From Octopus sinensis (lineage: Eukaryota), in NCBI RefSeq assembly GCF_006345805.1, contig NC_042998.1, forward strand, positions 57,970,001-58,034,000: 64,000 bases of DNA, in the 5' to 3' direction. The position numbers and the translations under genes are program-made. Positions 61,419 to 64,000 of this stretch are shown piece after piece; the first letter of the stretch is position 1, and each line of letters begins with the position of its first letter. The notes under the pieces are model-generated. The model made no database searches. It was given only the letters and a program-made list of their open reading frames with translations, and was not told the origin of the DNA.

Positions 61419-63389
61419 AATTTAAGTAGAGTTTGATAAAAGCTAGGTTGCTCAAATCAGCACTGTAAGAACTATGCAAACATAGATTACAGTTTAGAAA
61501 GTTGCACAAGATTGAGATCTTTACGCAATATATCTACGACGTCCTTAATATTGTTATCATTTCAATGCGATTCTCTTGCCACAATGAAAACCCGGTTATA
61601 TAATAGCCTTTCACTAGATAAATGTTGTGGTCTTTCTAATCTTGTTGTCTCCTTAATGCCAAGAGTTCTAACATGATTACGATATCTAACTTCCAGAGGC
61701 TCTCTTGCTGTACTTATTTAAGTCCCTCCTATACACCCAAACACCCCCGCCACACACACACACACACACACACACATACAGTATAGATATTGCTGCGGTT
61801 TAGATTCGTTTACTGTTGGAAGTATTAGGACCTGTAGTTCTACATTTAAACACTGCCATGTTACGAATAGAATTTTTACCTTTTCTCTTAGAGCATTTGC
61901 AGTATGATGAGCTGCCTGTTATTTTTCTTCGTGTTACACTGAGAAATAAATTGTGTTACTTATAATTGATCAGTTCACGGGAAATTTATCCATTTGTTGA
62001 ACCTTAAAAAGAATATCTTACTGTTATCCGCCAACACTATACTGCTCTACTTTTATTCCTTAGCCGTCCTTCAATACTTACTATCACCTTACTTCATTAT
62101 AAAGACTGTTACTTCTCAGTTTTAATGGTACTTCTCCCTTTATGGGAAACCATGTTCGTTGTTGTGAAGCAAATAAAGCTCCTCTCAATAAAGAAATAAT
62201 TAAATTCACAATAAAAATATTTCCGTTTTGATATATCCACTAGAAAGCGCTTTATATTAAAACACCGCTGCAAATAAAATTTATAAAGTATATACAAACA
62301 TGGAATGGCATTAGCTAAGTAGTTCTCTCAGAGAAACATCGGAAAGAACTCCGATGGATTGCCAGGCACGATGTTTCGACTTAATCTATCCTCCTCAATC
62401 ATGAATAACTCAAACATTGTGAGCTAAGCTAAACATGCTTGTTCCAATATACAGATCAAGTATAGTATAGGCTGGTATGCTTCCTGCATTGTTAAGAATG
62501 GTATAGGCTGTATATGTGTCAGGTTTAAGGATCTTGAAACTGATACTTATTTTTCGATTCCAGTGTTCTGTAAATCATCTGAAAATGCAGAAATGCTCGT
62601 GGTTTTCTGGTGATGACTATTAAGTCGAGATTATCAGCACACGCTAATAAGTGGCTTTAAGGATAGTTCTTCTAGAAATAAGATATGGATAACCACACTA
62701 CTATTGTTCATATTAGCCTACGATGAGTATGTTTTGTACAGGTGTTTTCTACACTTGAAGTTTTTCGTGTGTTCAACCATTCTGAAGTATGAAAGCTTTA
62801 ATTTTGGAACATTATTGCGAAGGAAGATGAGAAAGCAGCATTGTTTTGGCCGTTGAAAGCTTGTAAAAGGAAAGGAACGAAGAGAAGGCGATATATTGTA
62901 TTAACGTGAGGAGGAGAGAAGAAATTAAAGAGGCAAGGTAAGAGGTGCCAGTTTCTCCGAGCGGAAATTACTCATCTATATACTGTTGACACCTCTTTTT
63001 CGCCGAACCTGCCATAAAAAGTAGGTGAGAACGAATGCAGATTAGTAAACGCTAAACTGACCATTATATCTACGTCCGACGTTTAAGAGAGGGAACCTCA
63101 AATTCAGGCGAGTAGCGAGTATTCAATGAATCACGCAGCTCGGCGGCCAGTGTCATAGCAACAAGGGTAAGAAATTCAGTAGTGAATGAATCATTATAAA
63201 TCGATGAGCTAAATCCTGTAAGACAACGCACTTATTGAGGCGCATAGTTACTGTATTTGAATTAAAAGTGTTGGTTTTACAGCTTGACCGCAGTCATTGA
63301 GAAGAGCCTTTGTTGTCATAATGCACTGGATGCATGATTGCCTGTACAGTCGCCGATCGAAGACTGCATTCATCACCCAAAAAAATTTG

Positions 63390-63416
63390 ATTTTCGCCCC
63401 CTGTTGGGAACCACTG
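63390..63416 (-). mobile_element. Single hAT (Charlie/Buster-like) terminal inverted repeat
   Basis: Minus strand CAGTGGTTCCCAACAGGGGGCG; partner end not found. Confidence 0.5.
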
Positions 63417-64000
63417 CATTAGACAAGGCAGTCCAAAATTCTCTTTTAAACGTCAGTATTGTCACAGATGGAACAACTATGACAATAAGAATTTTCCATC
63501 AGACTTAAGCAACAACAGCAGCAACAACGAAAAGATCGGTATATGAAGATGCTTCTTGCGATTATAATTTTCAGTGGCTACTTTGCACAAACGAGTAGCT
63601 TGTACAACTCTTATCCGGTTGCCCTACGCGGATTTCTGTAATTTCGATTTCATTAAAGAGGGATCTGTCTTACCATTTAAGCAAGTATTTCCTTAAATCT
63701 TTGCTGTTATCCTTTTCTTGTCATGGTAGTTTACTTATATAATCATTATCAACGCCGAGATCCCTTACCTGATACAACCTGAGTTTGGGGTGACACTCAA
63801 GACGCTTTTGCAGTCAGCCGTCGCCACTGATCTCTGTTTTCTGTCATGCGTCCTTGGGTTGCATTCATGTAGCCTGTCCTGTCCTTGACGTTGTCAGCCA
63901 GGATTCTTCTGCCTGCTTCTCTTTCGCCTTCTCTCATCTGTGCCTTAAAGCACAATTTGAAACAAATTTACCGCTCAAAACTCATATTTCTTTTTCTTAA

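Overview
AT-rich, gene-free animal DNA made almost entirely of microsatellites and transposable-element remnants. The SINE families and repeat landscape look like a coleoid cephalopod (Octopus-like); that is pattern recognition from memory, not a database hit. I find no supportable host gene, rRNA, real tRNA or CRISPR, and most ORF-track entries are microsatellite artefacts. 1-11.6 kb is a stack of same-orientation R4/Dong-like RLE non-LTR retrotransposons sitting in (TAA)n tracts, interleaved with tRNA-derived SINEs. The rest holds two related degenerate Penelope-like elements (RT + GIY-YIG), mariner/Tc1/maT remnants, a Tx1/L1-like LINE in a (TCTA)n tract, a non-autonomous Helitron, MITEs and about 20 SINE copies. 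The most interesting signals are: (i) about a dozen type I hammerhead-ribozyme-like motifs, including a 495-bp palindrome with a hammerhead in each arm, a 505-bp terminally redundant retrozyme-like unit, and a repeat family with a recurrent A6U core variant; (ii) a single SINE insertion, bounded by one TSD, expanded into six 184-bp units with an alternating dimer pattern; (iii) apparent microsatellite targeting by two different LINE clades. All alignments, folds and coordinates were read by eye, and element boundaries are approximate unless a TSD is given.
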